A DNA stretch of 62,922 nt, filler included, from Stramenopiles sp. TOSAG23-3 (GCA_900128585.1; 55 parts of 55 records of this genome joined end to end with filler, not necessarily neighbours in it), one strand, 5' to 3'. Shown: positions 49,380 through 61,528, counted from the whole stretch's first letter. The notes: a model not told the origin generated them from the sequence alone. Numbers and translations are program-made.

Positions 49380-50106
49380 AGAAGCCCGTCGACAAAAACT
49401 TCGCCGACCCCGAAAGATTCGCAACAAGCACGAAGAAATGATGCGCCGACGACTTGCGTGGCGTCGTATGAAGCCCGTGAAGATGAAGCAAAACTTTGTT
49501 ACCGCCGCGACGAGTACAAACGTGGCGACTGCGCCACCTGGGTTGTGCATTTGCAACCGACCGTCAGTCGTTGGTGTTGTTGATCCTTCGCAAGGAACCA
49601 CTCACGAAACTTGGGAGGATGTAATTCCTATCACCACTGAGACTATTGAAGACATTATGGCAGATGCTGAAAGGCTTGGGGCGCAAGCGGCTGGTGGTGC
49701 TGCAGGTGGCGCTGGCGCAGAAGACGATGGCATGACAGCCGCAGAGGAAATGCTAGAGAACACCCATAAGATGTTCTCTTACGTTCGCAATGCAGAATAC
49801 GATGGAGTGGACGCTATGCTTGATGAGGGTGTGGACGTGAACTGCGCGGATGATAATGGAAATACACCGCTCCTAGTAGCCGCCCAGCAAGGATTGAAAA
49901 AGATTGCAAAGCTCTTGTTACGCCGTGGTGCGAATCTCAACCAGACCAACTTGGCCGGCAACACAGTACTGCATTACTGCTTTGCCTATTCTTTTGAAGC
50001 GCTAGGGGATTACTTCATTACGAAGGGCGCAGATGACAGCGTAGCAAACGCAGAGGGTCTAACGTGCTATGAAGGTTTAAGTCAAGACAGCGTCAACAAT
50101 ATATAA
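49380..50106 (+). CDS. Ankyrin-repeat protein C-terminus
   Basis: GNTPLLVAAQQG, GNTVLHYCFAY. Confidence 0.9.
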
Positions 50107-50518
50107 AGATTTTTTGAGGTGATGCTGGTTCTGAAAATGGGGGACTGAATTGATAAATTATGACACGATCTTGGAGATTGTGTGAAAAGTAAAAAAAATT
50201 TAATTGAATTAATTTTTAGTCCTTTTTGAATACAAAAAAATGCTGTCTCTATTTTACTAAGTATTAATTTTTGAAAAAGAAAAGGGTTTAAATGTAATTT
50301 TACTTCAAACACTTAAAAAGGCCTCTATTAGAGGAAGTGTTTTTTTCTCTGCACACACACGAACCGGCCGCGATGAGAAGAAGGCGAGGTGTAGCACACA
50401 CAGTTTTTGTGAGTGTCANNNNNNNNNNNNNNNNNNNNNNNNNNNNNNNNNNNNNNNNNNNNTTAATTAATTAANNNNNNNNNNNNNNNNNNNNNNNNNN
50501 NNNNNNNNNNNNNNNNNN

Positions 50519-51557
50519 ATACAGACAGAGGGTTTAATTAACACACAAAAAATGTGTTTTTTTATTATTATTATATTTTATTTTTTAACTTATTTATTAT
50601 TATTTTAGAAGAAAGAAGAAAGAAGAAAGAAGAAGAAAGAAGAAAGAAGAAGAAGAATTAAAAGAAGAAGAAGAAATGATAATGAGCTTAACTTTTAATT
50701 TAACTTAACGGCCTCTTTATTCAATTATTACAATTCAGTACAGTATATCGTATTTTAATATTTAATATGATAGGTAGATTATAATTTGAATAATTTTAAA
50801 GAAGAAGAAGAAGAAGAGGAAGAAGAAAGAAGAGGAAGAAGAAAGAAGAAGAAGAGGAAGAAGAAGAAGAAGAGAATTTAAAAGGAAAGAGAAAAGAGAA
50901 AAGAGAAATTTGGATCTCTAATCGTTGTTGTATGCTATTTATATATATAATACTTAAATTATATACTTTAAATGGAATGAGAATTCTTTTTAATTAATAA
51001 TAATTGCTCTTCTATTCTATTTCTATTTCTTCTTTTCTTTCTTTCTTTCTTTTCCTATTTTAAATTAGACTACTATTGTATATAGGTATGTTTGTAATTA
51101 TATACGAATGTACACTGTGTGTGTATATTATAATAAGAAAAGAGAAGAAAAAGAAAGAAGAAAGAAAAGAAAAGAGAAAAGAAAAGAAAAGAAAAGAAAA
51201 GAAAAGAAAGAAGAAAGAAAAGAAAAGAAGAAAAAAAGAAGAAAAGAAAAGAGAAAAGAAAAGAGAAAAGAAAAGAAAAGAGAAGAAAGATACTCAATCC
51301 AATCTCATTCTTCTTCTCTTCTTCTCTCATTCTTCTTCTCATTCTTCTATGTATTAGACGACTAGATCGCAACTTTAAAAAGATAAGAACAAAGACAGAT
51401 AGATAAATCTAGATAGGTATGTATGTATATGTACATACATAGTTCACTCTTGTTTAGTTAGTTTTCTTAGGGAGAAGATCATCACTCATTCATTCTAGGT
51501 ATTTTAAATAGAGTCTTAAAACGGCATTTCTCTGCTTCTCTGCCTGTTTGTTTGGGG
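50519..51557. repeat. Non-coding contig dominated by GAA/GAAAA low-complexity repeats
   Basis: Direct reading. Confidence 0.85.
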
Positions 51558-51657
51558 NNNNNNNNNNNNNNNNNNNNNNNNNNNNNNNNNNNNNNNNNNN
51601 NTTAATTAATTAANNNNNNNNNNNNNNNNNNNNNNNNNNNNNNNNNNNNNNNNNNNN

Positions 51658-52695
51658 TGGCAGCTTGCAACAACGCAGCCGTTATTCCGTACCTCTTGTC
51701 CGCACACCCCAGCTTTATTGAGGTGAAGACTGTCGGCGGGTCTGACACTGCGCTCGATATCGCAAAGTTTTCAGAGAACAAAGAGGCAGAGGCCTACCTC
51801 CAAAACCACGAACCTATGCCCGGCAGTGCCCCAAAATCCCAGCCAGGTATTATTCCCAGCTGCCCTGACTCGTGCGTTTGGTATTTTTCGTTTGGGGGAA
51901 ACATGAGCGACGAGACGTTAAAGCGGAGGAATATCCATCCGGCAAAGAGCATTGGCTGCTGTCTGCCGGGGTACAAGTTGACATTTACCTACAGGGGCTA
52001 CGTGGGCGTTGAGCCTGTATTTGCGGACATTACAGTGTTGAAGGAGGGTGAGTTAAACGATAGCACAGTACTCGTTGTGGAGGGCGTCGTGCACTGCATC
52101 ACGAAAGAGGAGATGGCACTGCTCGATGGTTACGAAGGCGAAGGGGTTGCTTACGAACGAATCGAGGTAGACTGCGTCCCCCTTGGCGGCGGGCAGAGCT
52201 CTCGGTTTAAGGCCCAGACGTATCGAGCGATAGCATCGTGTCGCGTTGAAGACGACGGCTCAATGTTGCCCTCCACACGGTATTTGAAACTTTTGGTCGA
52301 CGGCGCCGTGGCTCGCAAACTGTCCACGGAGTATTGCCGCAAGCTCAGGGCGCAAAAGTCTTTTGGTTTCGATGGGTTTGCAATGCCGGAAATGCTTTAC
52401 AATTTTGATGTTTCTATTTCCCAGGAAGAGCTGTCCAGGTTTGTGTTCTGCAAATCCGAGTCCCCGAAAAGAAAAAAGAAGAGTCGGAAAGTTTTGCTCT
52501 CGATGGGAGGCTATGTCTTCAACGTTTCGTCCCAAGTCCCCAGCCGCGCGATGCTGCAAAACATGGCCGGGGAAATGGGAGGCACTGCGTTTGCCATGAA
52601 AATGTGGCGCGCTGCACACGGGAACTCGTCGGGCTTGCATCTCAAGGATGTCGAAGAAAACGTCGATTTCATTCAAAAATTGGGAAAAGAGGAGC
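51658..52695 (+). CDS. Ankyrin end + gamma-glutamylcyclotransferase-like domain + possible cytochrome-b5-like domain
   Basis: TALDIA; WYFSFGGNM, VEGVVHCI, LDGYEG, PSTRYL; SQEELSRF...LLSMGGYVFNVS. Confidence 0.75.
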
Positions 52696-53440
52696 NNNNN
52701 NNNNNNNNNNNNNNNNNNNNNNNNNNNNNNNNNNNNNNNTTAATTAATTAANNNNNNNNNNNNNNNNNNNNNNNNNNNNNNNNNNNNNNNNNNNNCTAAA
52801 AAAATAATAAAAAGAAGAGAAAAGAGAAGAGGAGGTTGATGATTTATTTATGCAGGTAGATATTTTATTAAGGCAATATTATAATAAATTATAATATAAT
52901 AAAAATATAAAATAGAATACTATGTGTTATTATATCATTAATATTTATAATTTTAAGTAGGGATATGAATACCTTATTTAGAGTAAAATGTGAAAAAAAT
53001 ATTATTTAATAAAAAATTAATACCCAACAACAAACAACCCACTTTTTTCTTCTGTATTTTTACACAACTACTACATCTGTACACTCATCAATGTTTGTTC
53101 TAGAGCTAAATGAAGTGAACAATTTAAACAGAAGAAAAGGTGGGAAGAGAAGGAAAGAACCGGAAAAAGAAACAAAAATATAGTAAACAAACGAGCGAAC
53201 GAACGGATTTGTTGTATACCAATACTAATTCGTACTACTTCTACTACTACCAAGAGACGAGGAGAGGCACCACCGCCATACCAGAAAGGAGAGGGACGAA
53301 CGCCTACACTCTACGCACGTTACTGCAATTAGGTATTGTACCCTCCCTTTGCACCTCCCCCGTGTAACACTGAGCGAGAACCTGTTGCTCTCTCTTTCTA
53401 GCAACCGGCGTCTTCCCAAAGGTACACTTCCGCAGCAACA

Positions 53441-53833
53441 ATGGCATCGCTGAAGGTTACCACGCAACCCATCGCCGAATTCTACAAAGATGAGGGAGGA
53501 AAGAACAACTGGATGACCGCAACCTTCAAGCTAGTCGGCGGGAAGAGCATCAAGTCCAAAGTGCCCCTTCGTGCGATTCTTTACTACGAAGGCGGCCTGC
53601 CCGTAGAAGCGAGGGACCAGCAAATCCTTCGGCTGGAACTGGAGAAGAAAGCGGGCATCATGCTGGACGTCAAGTCCGGCGGCGAGATAGATATAAATTT
53701 TCGTATTGAAAAGGTTAGCAGACGGAAAGACAACCAAAAGTTTAAGTTATGCTTGGAGGTGGACGAGGACCACGCCCTTGGGCCAAAGTTTAAGACCGTG
53801 AAAGGCGCGTTCACGAATCCCATTTGCGTTTTG
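53441..53833 (+). CDS. Ig-fold (CudA-like) putative DNA-binding protein, N-terminus
   Basis: FYKDEGGK, VPLRAILYYE, FRIEKVSRRKDNQKFKL, TNPICVL; pattern recalled from stramenopile proteins. Confidence 0.45.
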
Positions 53834-54475
53834 NNNNNNNNNNNNNNNNNNNNNNNNNNNNNNNNNNNNNNNNNNNNTTAATTAATTAANNNNNNNNNNN
53901 NNNNNNNNNNNNNNNNNNNNNNNNNNNNNNNNNGCTGTTTAAGGAAATCGAAAAAAGCGGATGATGAAAAAAAAAGAAGAAAAAATAATAATAATATAAA
54001 AAAAATAATAATTATATAAATACAGTATAGTATTAATATATACAGTAGTATTCTTTTTTCTCTTCTTCTTTTTTGTTTAAAAAACTAACGCAGGGAGCGG
54101 AGCAGGTATCGGTTTTTGTCGTTTTTGTTGTTGTTGTTATTATTATTATTATTTATGTTATTGTTTTGTTATTATTGTTATTGTTATCGATAGTCGTCTT
54201 TCTTCTATCTCGTCGCGGTAGAGAGAGAGGTAGAGGAGGTAGGAGGTAGAGGCAGAAGAAGAAAGGAGTATTTTATAAGTTTTTTTTTTTTCCCCCCCCC
54301 CAGCCCCTAAGCAGCATTTTATATCAGCAATCGATTCCACACTGCAACGTAATTTTCGAGTGAATATTTTACACACATGGCAAAGAAATGCTGATTAACC
54401 GACGTCTTTTTTTGCCAATCAAACGTCTTGTTTGCACAGACTTCCGTGCCCTTTGCGAAGGAATATCTTACAAGC

Positions 54476-54933
54476 ATGGGCACCAACACAACGGCCGAGA
54501 GCCTTCTGCTTTCAACCAAAGTCGATAATACCCCTGTCCTTGTAGCGGGTTTGCTCCACTTGCTATGTTTCCCTTTAATTGCTATCGCGACTTACGTCAA
54601 CTTCAAAAGCGCCTACATGAAGCGTATTAGACAAGATGTAGACTACATATTGTGCATATTTTTGGCATATGGCCTGCTGTTTGAATTTGTCAATTGGAGT
54701 TTTTTACTCGGGGGTGGCTTTAGCCGGGCTGGCATGGTAACCGGAAACCCAGCATATAGCTCCGATCAGCTTGGTTATTTGAATAGCAAGAGCACGCCAT
54801 TTTGTGTTGCCCTAGGTTATTTTCTCAACTGCAGTGCGTGTGGAATGGTCGGGTTTACGTTCTTGCTTTCTCATAACACGTACAATATTGTTATTGGAAA
54901 TGGCACTCGCGGTCCTGCTAGGAGCAAGACAAA
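54476..54933 (+). CDS. Hypothetical multi-TM protein (3' end chimeric)
   Basis: Three TM helices; the apparent stop lies inside an inverted duplicate. Confidence 0.55.
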
Positions 54934-55290
54934 GCTGGGGGGGGGTACAAAAAAAAACTTATAAAATACTCNNNNNNNNNNNNNNNNNNNNNNNNNNNNN
55001 NNNNNNNNNNNNNNNTTAATTAATTAANNNNNNNNNNNNNNNNNNNNNNNNNNNNNNNNNNNNNNNNNNNNTGTGGTACTGCTCAATGAAATAATGATCG
55101 GTATTGAGTTTGATCGTTTCGTGGTCGTATACACATACAGATGTAAGTGAAACAAATGCATTAAGAAATCAAATCTTTAGCATGTTTAATTAACAATATA
55201 ATAAATATAAGTAAAAAATCAATAAAAAATTCTCTCGCTACTACGCTCAATTCTCAAGATAATTATAAGATTAATTTTTTTAATATATAT

Positions 55291-55323
55291 ATTACTTAAA
55301 ATAACAGCCAATTTTCTTGTTTT
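55291..55323 (-). repeat. Dispersed 3'-flank element copy
   Basis: Reverse complement reads AAAACAAGAAAATTGGCTGTTATTTTAAGTAAT. Confidence 0.9.
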
Positions 55324-55383
55324 TAATTATAAGAACTTCGTATTTTTTCGTACTACTCCTCGAGTACGAAAAAATATTTACTC

Positions 55384-56108
55384 TCACTCGTGCGCGGAAG
55401 GAAGAAGACGATGGTAACTTAACTCGTCGTGGTCTTGCCTCAAATACTTTGGGGTCACAAAAAAGAGCGTCGCGATCGCTGTGACAGCGACAGTTGTGGC
55501 CATCAACAAGTTGATGGAATCGGTGGCAATAGAATTTTTTACAGCGAGAAGAATCAGCGCGCCGACATTATTAAAAAAAGAAATTACGCCTGCGCTTGAA
55601 CCTTCCATTGCTGGAAACGTGAGTTCTACCCCAAATATGTAAATGAGCGGGTTCGAAGCGCCAAAAAACAAACCACTCCCAACGATTGCAGACCCAAGAG
55701 TGAGAAATGTAGGCTTGAACAGGGGCGCCACGCCCAAAAATGGCAACGAAAGCGTAAAACAACTAAACAGAGCAAACGATAATAAGAACAATATCATTAG
55801 CAGCTCTTTGTATCGGCGTTTAAAAAACTTTGTCTGCAAAATTGGACCGATGCACAAGCCCCCAGTACAGTAGGAAATCGTCGACAAGAGGCCTAGATTC
55901 CCGCATTCTATAGTGCTGAAAATAGAGTGTGGCAGAATTGTATCGAAGCTACCAGACCAAGTGTTGTAAATGCCCCCGACCGCCCCCCCAAAAATCGCTA
56001 AAATCAGAAAGCTGGGCGACGCAACCCGCTTTAACTCCGGCCATGCCTGGACTGTCAAACCCTCCCGGCTAGACTGAGAAGGGGACGGGGGGGATGGAGG
56101 CTCGGCCG
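55384..56108 (-). CDS. MFS transporter (SLC49 FLVCR/DIRC2-like), C-terminal half
   Basis: PSPSQS linker, 6 TM helices, GVELTFPAMEGSSAG. Confidence 0.8.
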
Positions 56109-56353
56109 NNNNNNNNNNNNNNNNNNNNNNNNNNNNNNNNNNNNNNNNNNNNTTAATTAATTAANNNNNNNNNNNNNNNNNNNNNNNNNNNNNNNNNNNN
56201 NNNNNNNNTTCCTTCCTTTCTTCTATATTTTATTATCTCAAAAAATTAAAAAACGACGAAAAAGAATTTAAAAAAAAAAAAGAATCAACAACAATATAAT
56301 TGAACCTTTTAAATTTGATACTGTGAGATGCTGTTATTTCATCCTTTTTTTCT

Positions 56354-57244
56354 TCACTTCACTTGGTTTACTAGAATACCAATATTTTCGATGTAAGCTT
56401 CAACCATATCGTTTTCAACCAACCAACGAGGAGGCTTCCTAGTAAACCCAACACCTTCGGGTGTCCCCGTTAAAATAATGGTACCCTTCTCCAGCGTTGT
56501 GCCTTCGGACAAGAACGATATTATTTCCTGAACATTAAAAATCAGGTCTGTCGTCGCACTGTTTTGCATAACCTCCCCATTGATGGACAGTTTCATACCC
56601 AAATTGTTTGGATCATCGATTCCCATGGCGAGGCAAGGCCCTACTGGGCAAAACGTATCGTATGATTTGGAACGGCACCACTGCCCTCCTCCTTTCTTCC
56701 CTTGCCATTTCCTTGCACTAACGTCGTTACCAACGGTGTACCCGCCGACGTACTCAAGGGCATCTTCGACAGCTATGTTCTTTCCATCTTTGCCGATAAC
56801 AACAGCCAGTTCCACTTCGTAATCCACTTCATTATTGCACACTTCTGGAATAATTATGTTGTCCTCGGTGGCAACGACAGAGCTAGGATTTTTCATAAAG
56901 TAGATTGGGAACTTGGGCAACGGAAACCCTGTTTCCTCCGCATGCTTTCGATAATTCAAACCAATTCCTATGATAGCGGGGGGCTTACAGACCAGGGGCG
57001 GCAAGAACTGCCCAAACGCAGCAGATTCAGTCGTAGTCGTCGCAAGCAAGGCCCCCACACTTTTGTCCGCGGCCGCCATCCAGTCTTCCACGACGCTCTC
57101 GGGTATCGTCGGGAGCATTTCCCCTTTTTTCGGAAGGAGCGCCGACAAAGCCGCTTCGTTCAAAAGGTTGCCCCCCGCATTTTTGAACCCCCACTTCGTC
57201 TGCCCTTCCGCATCCACAAACTTGTACACGTGCGACACGCTGCA
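56354..57244 (-). CDS. Fumarylacetoacetate hydrolase family protein (FAHD2-like)
   Basis: IGLNYRKHAEE, DYEVELAVVIG, NDVSAR, KSYDTFCPVGP, ILTGTPEGVG. Confidence 0.95.
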   Translation of the reverse strand, partial: CSVSHVYKFVDAEGQTKWGFKNAGGNLLNEAALSALLPKKGEMLPTIPESVVEDWMAAADKSVGALLATTTTESAAFGQFLPPLVCKPPAIIGIGLNYRKHAEETGFPLPKFPIYFMKNPSSVVATEDNIIIPEVCNNEVDYEVELAVVIGKDGKNIAVEDALEYVGGYTVGNDVSARKWQGKKGGGQWCRSKSYDTFCPVGPCLAMGIDDPNNLGMKLSINGEVMQNSATTDLIFNVQEIISFLSEGTTLEKGTIILTGTPEGVGFTRKPPRWLVENDMVEAYIENIGILVNQVK

Positions 57245-57344
57245 NNNNNNNNNNNNNNNNNNNNNNNNNNNNNNNNNNNNNNNNNNNNTTAATTAATTAA
57301 NNNNNNNNNNNNNNNNNNNNNNNNNNNNNNNNNNNNNNNNNNNN

Positions 57345-58380
57345 TTATTCAAATCCTAAAAAACTCTTCCGAAATTGTAGAGGCGTCCCAGCAGGATGTA
57401 TCACGAATAGAACATGAGCTGCATACCGCTTGGGAATCGGCCCAACCTATACAAATCGAGGCGCAGACACAATTAGACAGAATACCGAAGAAGGACGTCA
57501 CAGAATTGAAGTCGTTTAAATCGCCCAGCCCTAGTGTACTCAACATGATGAAGGTTGTTCTTTTGCTATTCAATACTGTTCATATCGACTTGCACCCTTT
57601 GGCAAGGAGTCTCCCCGTCAACTTCGTACATGAGAAAGGAGAACCTGAACTCCTTTCCTGGAAAGTTGCCCAGAAAATTATGATTAATCTAACAATCTTC
57701 TTGAAAAACCTGAAGCGTTTTCCAACAATGATCGATGAGATGAGAGTACCGCTTGAAAACTTTGAGTCAATTCAAAAGTACCTTGCAATGAAAGATTTTG
57801 ACGAAAAGCGAATAAGGAGACGGTCTAAGGCTGCCGCAGGAATCTACAGGTGGCTTCTGCTTATTTTAAAATATTGGGATGCGCACATGACGCACCAACC
57901 ACTTCGAGAAAAATTGCAGCAGCGGAGAGAAGACCTTGAACGTGCCCTGCTCCAAGTAGAAACGTGCAAAGCTGAAATCGACAATGTTAGGAAATCTAAA
58001 GAAGATGCAAAACAGAAGTTTTTTGACGCCAACGAGGCAAAAATTGACGCTGAGCAGACTCTAGCAAACTTACAATTGAAAATGAATTTTATATTGGAAG
58101 GAAGAAAATGCCTGAATATAAAGAGCCCGGAATGGGAAAAATGTATTGAAATTTTTTGTGGTAGCGAATCCGTGCAGTTGTATGGGGACGTGGCACTGAC
58201 CTCAGTACTATCGGTCTACCTTTCGCCTTGTGATACTAAGAAGCGCGATTTCGTTCTTGAAAGTATTGTACTGCCTAATATAGAAACTCATGGTCTCGCT
58301 TCCGCTACCATGGCCAACGCTATCAACAACACCGTGCAAACTCACGGTGTGAAAGAGGAGTACCAATGCAATGCAACCGT
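57345..58380 (+). CDS. Dynein heavy chain stalk / microtubule-binding region, divergent
   Basis: KKDVTELKSFKSP, SWKVAQKIM, FLKNL, SKAAAGIYRW, coiled coil, LYGDVALTS..SVYLSP. Confidence 0.85.
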
Positions 58381-58480
58381 NNNNNNNNNNNNNNNNNNNN
58401 NNNNNNNNNNNNNNNNNNNNNNNNTTAATTAATTAANNNNNNNNNNNNNNNNNNNNNNNNNNNNNNNNNNNNNNNNNNNN

Positions 58481-59516
58481 GTATACCCCGGCTTCATTTG
58501 ACAAGTAGCCAAGGCATGAAATGTTGTACCCGTGGTCGATCAAATGTTGCAGCTCCTTGATAGTTTCTTTCTTGATTTCTTCAAACTCAATGATCATGTA
58601 GTCGAAGCCCCTTCTTTCGATGGTGTCTCGCGCCCCACGAAGAAAGTGATTCACATGTTTGTTCACGTCCACCTTTATCATCCGGGCGTGTTGAATATTC
58701 AAGTGGTCCAGAGATGTACTCATGATTTTTAAATTGCTACCTATAGACAGGGAATGTTGGACGGTATTTATCCCACCGATATTTACCGTGGAATCGGATG
58801 GAATCGACAGGAAGCCGGAGCTTGCGTTACTCAAAGCAAATGACGACAACAGTATTTTATGCTCCACGCCATTGCGCGCAATGCCCTGTAGATTTTTGTG
58901 TGCCGTCTTTGGGTGTGGTTCGAATGAAATCACATTGGGTACTTGGGCCACCTTTGCAGCGAATAAACTATACCACCCCATATGGGCGCCAGCATCGACG
59001 AATAAACGTGAGCTGCTCGCATTATTTAAGGGTGACAAAGCAAGGCCAACAAGCAGAGTCAACCCAGGCTCCCATACACCACATGCGGCAACAACGCTAG
59101 ACACCCAATCGTGCTCAAACATAACTGGGAAAAAAAAATCTTTTGCTTTTGCATCTGGAAACAATGGATAGAAAAACTTGGCTACTCGGCTCTCAACATA
59201 GCCGGTCTTATAATGTTCCCTTTGATCTTCTCGACGGTCCCACCGCCCGCACCATCTAAGTAAGAATGCATCACATTCCGATTCCGTTGCCTTTGGACTG
59301 CGAAGAATTTTGTGAGCCAGAATATACCGTACCTTGTTGTTAATAGAATCCTGGCCTATTTTGTCCAATACTGTTTTTACGGGTATACCTTCCCGTGCCT
59401 CAATGGTTAATTTGGTACCGTCAATGTATACTTCGTGAACTTCGTCGACCGGGCAAGGGAGATGCTCTGCAGCTTCATTTCTGAAAATCCTCTCTTTTAG
59501 ACGATGCTGAGCAGTC
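58481..59516 (-). CDS. FkbM-family methyltransferase fragment
   Basis: GVWEP, FVDAGAHMGWYSL, VISFEP, IKVDV. Confidence 0.85.
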
Positions 59517-59616
59517 NNNNNNNNNNNNNNNNNNNNNNNNNNNNNNNNNNNNNNNNNNNNTTAATTAATTAANNNNNNNNNNNNNNNNNNNNNNNNNNNN
59601 NNNNNNNNNNNNNNNN

Positions 59617-60652
59617 ATGGGAAGTGCAAAGATTTACTATTGATGCTGATGTTGGAGCCGACATTACGGGAACGCTGGAAATGTCCGTCACATTTCCGTA
59701 CAAAAAAGAATACCATCTGCCCGGTGAACCTAACTACGGCTCCTCATATGGAACGAAGACTGTAACGCTTACATGGGTGAGTGGTGAGGGGCCTCATGTC
59801 GATGAGGCAGGGGTCAGGATTGTCAATGGTGTATCTGTCCCAGGTGTAGATAAAGCATTTCTTGATAGTATCGGTAGCAATGTCAAAGTTACCCGACAGT
59901 TTCAAAATGATGGTGCAGCGAACCACTACGAGTGGGAGGTTACATTTTTTGAGTACCAAGGGGAAGGCGATGTCGGTTTAATGGGGGTAGATATAAGTGG
60001 TCTAACACAAGGCGTGGGAATCACTGCTAAAGTTGAAGAAATTAAGAAAGGCACAGCGAGGACATATATGGAAGTTTCCACAGATAAAGAAACCGGATCT
60101 CTTGCTGCTGGTAATTTTTCTCTTGCTTTCCGAGGTAGCAGCACAGGTACAATCAATGCATCTATTTCAGCAGGGGGGTTGGAGAAGGCTTTGGAAGTCC
60201 TGCCAACGGTCGGCAATGTCGATGTACAGGTAACCGATACGGACGACAAAAAGTCATGGATTATAATTTTCATGGATCATATAGGTGCACTTCCTGTTCT
60301 AGAAGTAGATCGCTCCAGCTTTTTTGGAAATATATCAACGAAAATATTATTCCAATCCCCAGCAAATAAAGTGGATGGTTCGTTCAACCTGTTTTTTATC
60401 GGTGAGGATGGGATTGGTGGTAATACAACATCCATTGCGCACAATGCAAGTATCGTAGAAGTCAAACAAAAGATGGAACTGATGGCGGGTATGCGAGCTG
60501 GGGTAGTTAGTGTCACCCGAGAAGGGCCGGACCATAATGATTTATACAAATGGACCGTTAATTTTACAACACTGCGCGGGAATGTCAACTTGCTGACCGC
60601 CAATGTCGACGGTATTACAAATTACCAGGGCGGTACTACTGATACGTTGTTT
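59617..60652 (+). CDS. Giant beta-rich repeat protein fragment (oomycete 'titin-like' type)
   Basis: Repeats of GxFxLxF..T..I...AS...LE.L..V.V.R...W.V.F....G....L. Confidence 0.7.
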
Positions 60653-61528
60653 NNNNNNNNNNNNNNNNNNNNNNNNNNNNNNNNNNNNNNNNNNNNTTAA
60701 TTAATTAANNNNNNNNNNNNNNNNNNNNNNNNNNNNNNNNNNNNNNNNNNNNTGTATGAGTTCTACTCGGTCGTAGACCAAGCGTCCGAGTCTGGTTGGT
60801 TACGTTGTCTTCGGCCTCGAACTCAAATACTACACAGTGTACTGTATTACTGTAATATTTTAACAATAATAATAAAAATAATGAAGAAGAGAAGTGGTGG
60901 TGCGAACGAACGGTAATTTTGTTGTTCACCAAGTTCAAATAGGAGGACTAACTAGTCAGAGGATGAAGAAAGGAGTGAACGAGTGAAAGCGGAAGAAAGA
61001 GAAAAACATCGTTTCTAAAAAATTAATTATTTAAAACCTATTATAATAAAGACTTAGATACAATATTTAACAAAACAAGTCTAATTATATCACATCATAT
61101 AGTGTAATAAAAATTACAATACATTAATATATACTTTTTATCATTGTAACATATTTTAATAAATTTTGACAGTTAAAAAAATCTCAAAAATCCACCACCA
61201 CCACCACCAGCGCAGCATATAATTAATAATAATAAATAAAATAATATATATGATGATAATATAAAAGCTTAATATAATAATAAGAAGAAGGAAATTGAAT
61301 CGAATCGAATTGAATTGAATTGTATATATACTGGAATGAATGTAAGAATAATGCATTCAAATCAGCATAAATACACACGAGAGGGAAAACAAAGTAGAAT
61401 TTTATCAGATCTTGAACGATCGAGTACTGCACGACGAGTGTCTAGTGCTTTTTTGCTGTTGGTAAAAGCGTAGGGGACGTCTCTTTGTTTTCCCGGGGAA
61501 GCAAGGAGTTTTGAAGCAACGCAATATT

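Noticed and set aside
51073-51372. K/R/E- or F/S/L-rich ORFs here and at 35784-36054, 40195-40395 and 29690-29893
   Set aside because: Translations of microsatellite or low-complexity DNA.
54476-54933. AGLLHL start reminiscent of heliorhodopsin helix A
   Set aside because: No RWxEY motif or retinal-binding helix visible; the fragment is truncated.
17509-55323. The 24-mer as a CRISPR repeat or spliced leader
   Set aside because: Copies are dispersed rather than arrayed with spacers, and lie after stops rather than at 5' ends.
56330-56339. GCTGTTATTT downstream of the FAHD gene, antisense to it
   Set aside because: Ten-base partial match only; noted because it would be a counter-example to the orientation rule if real.
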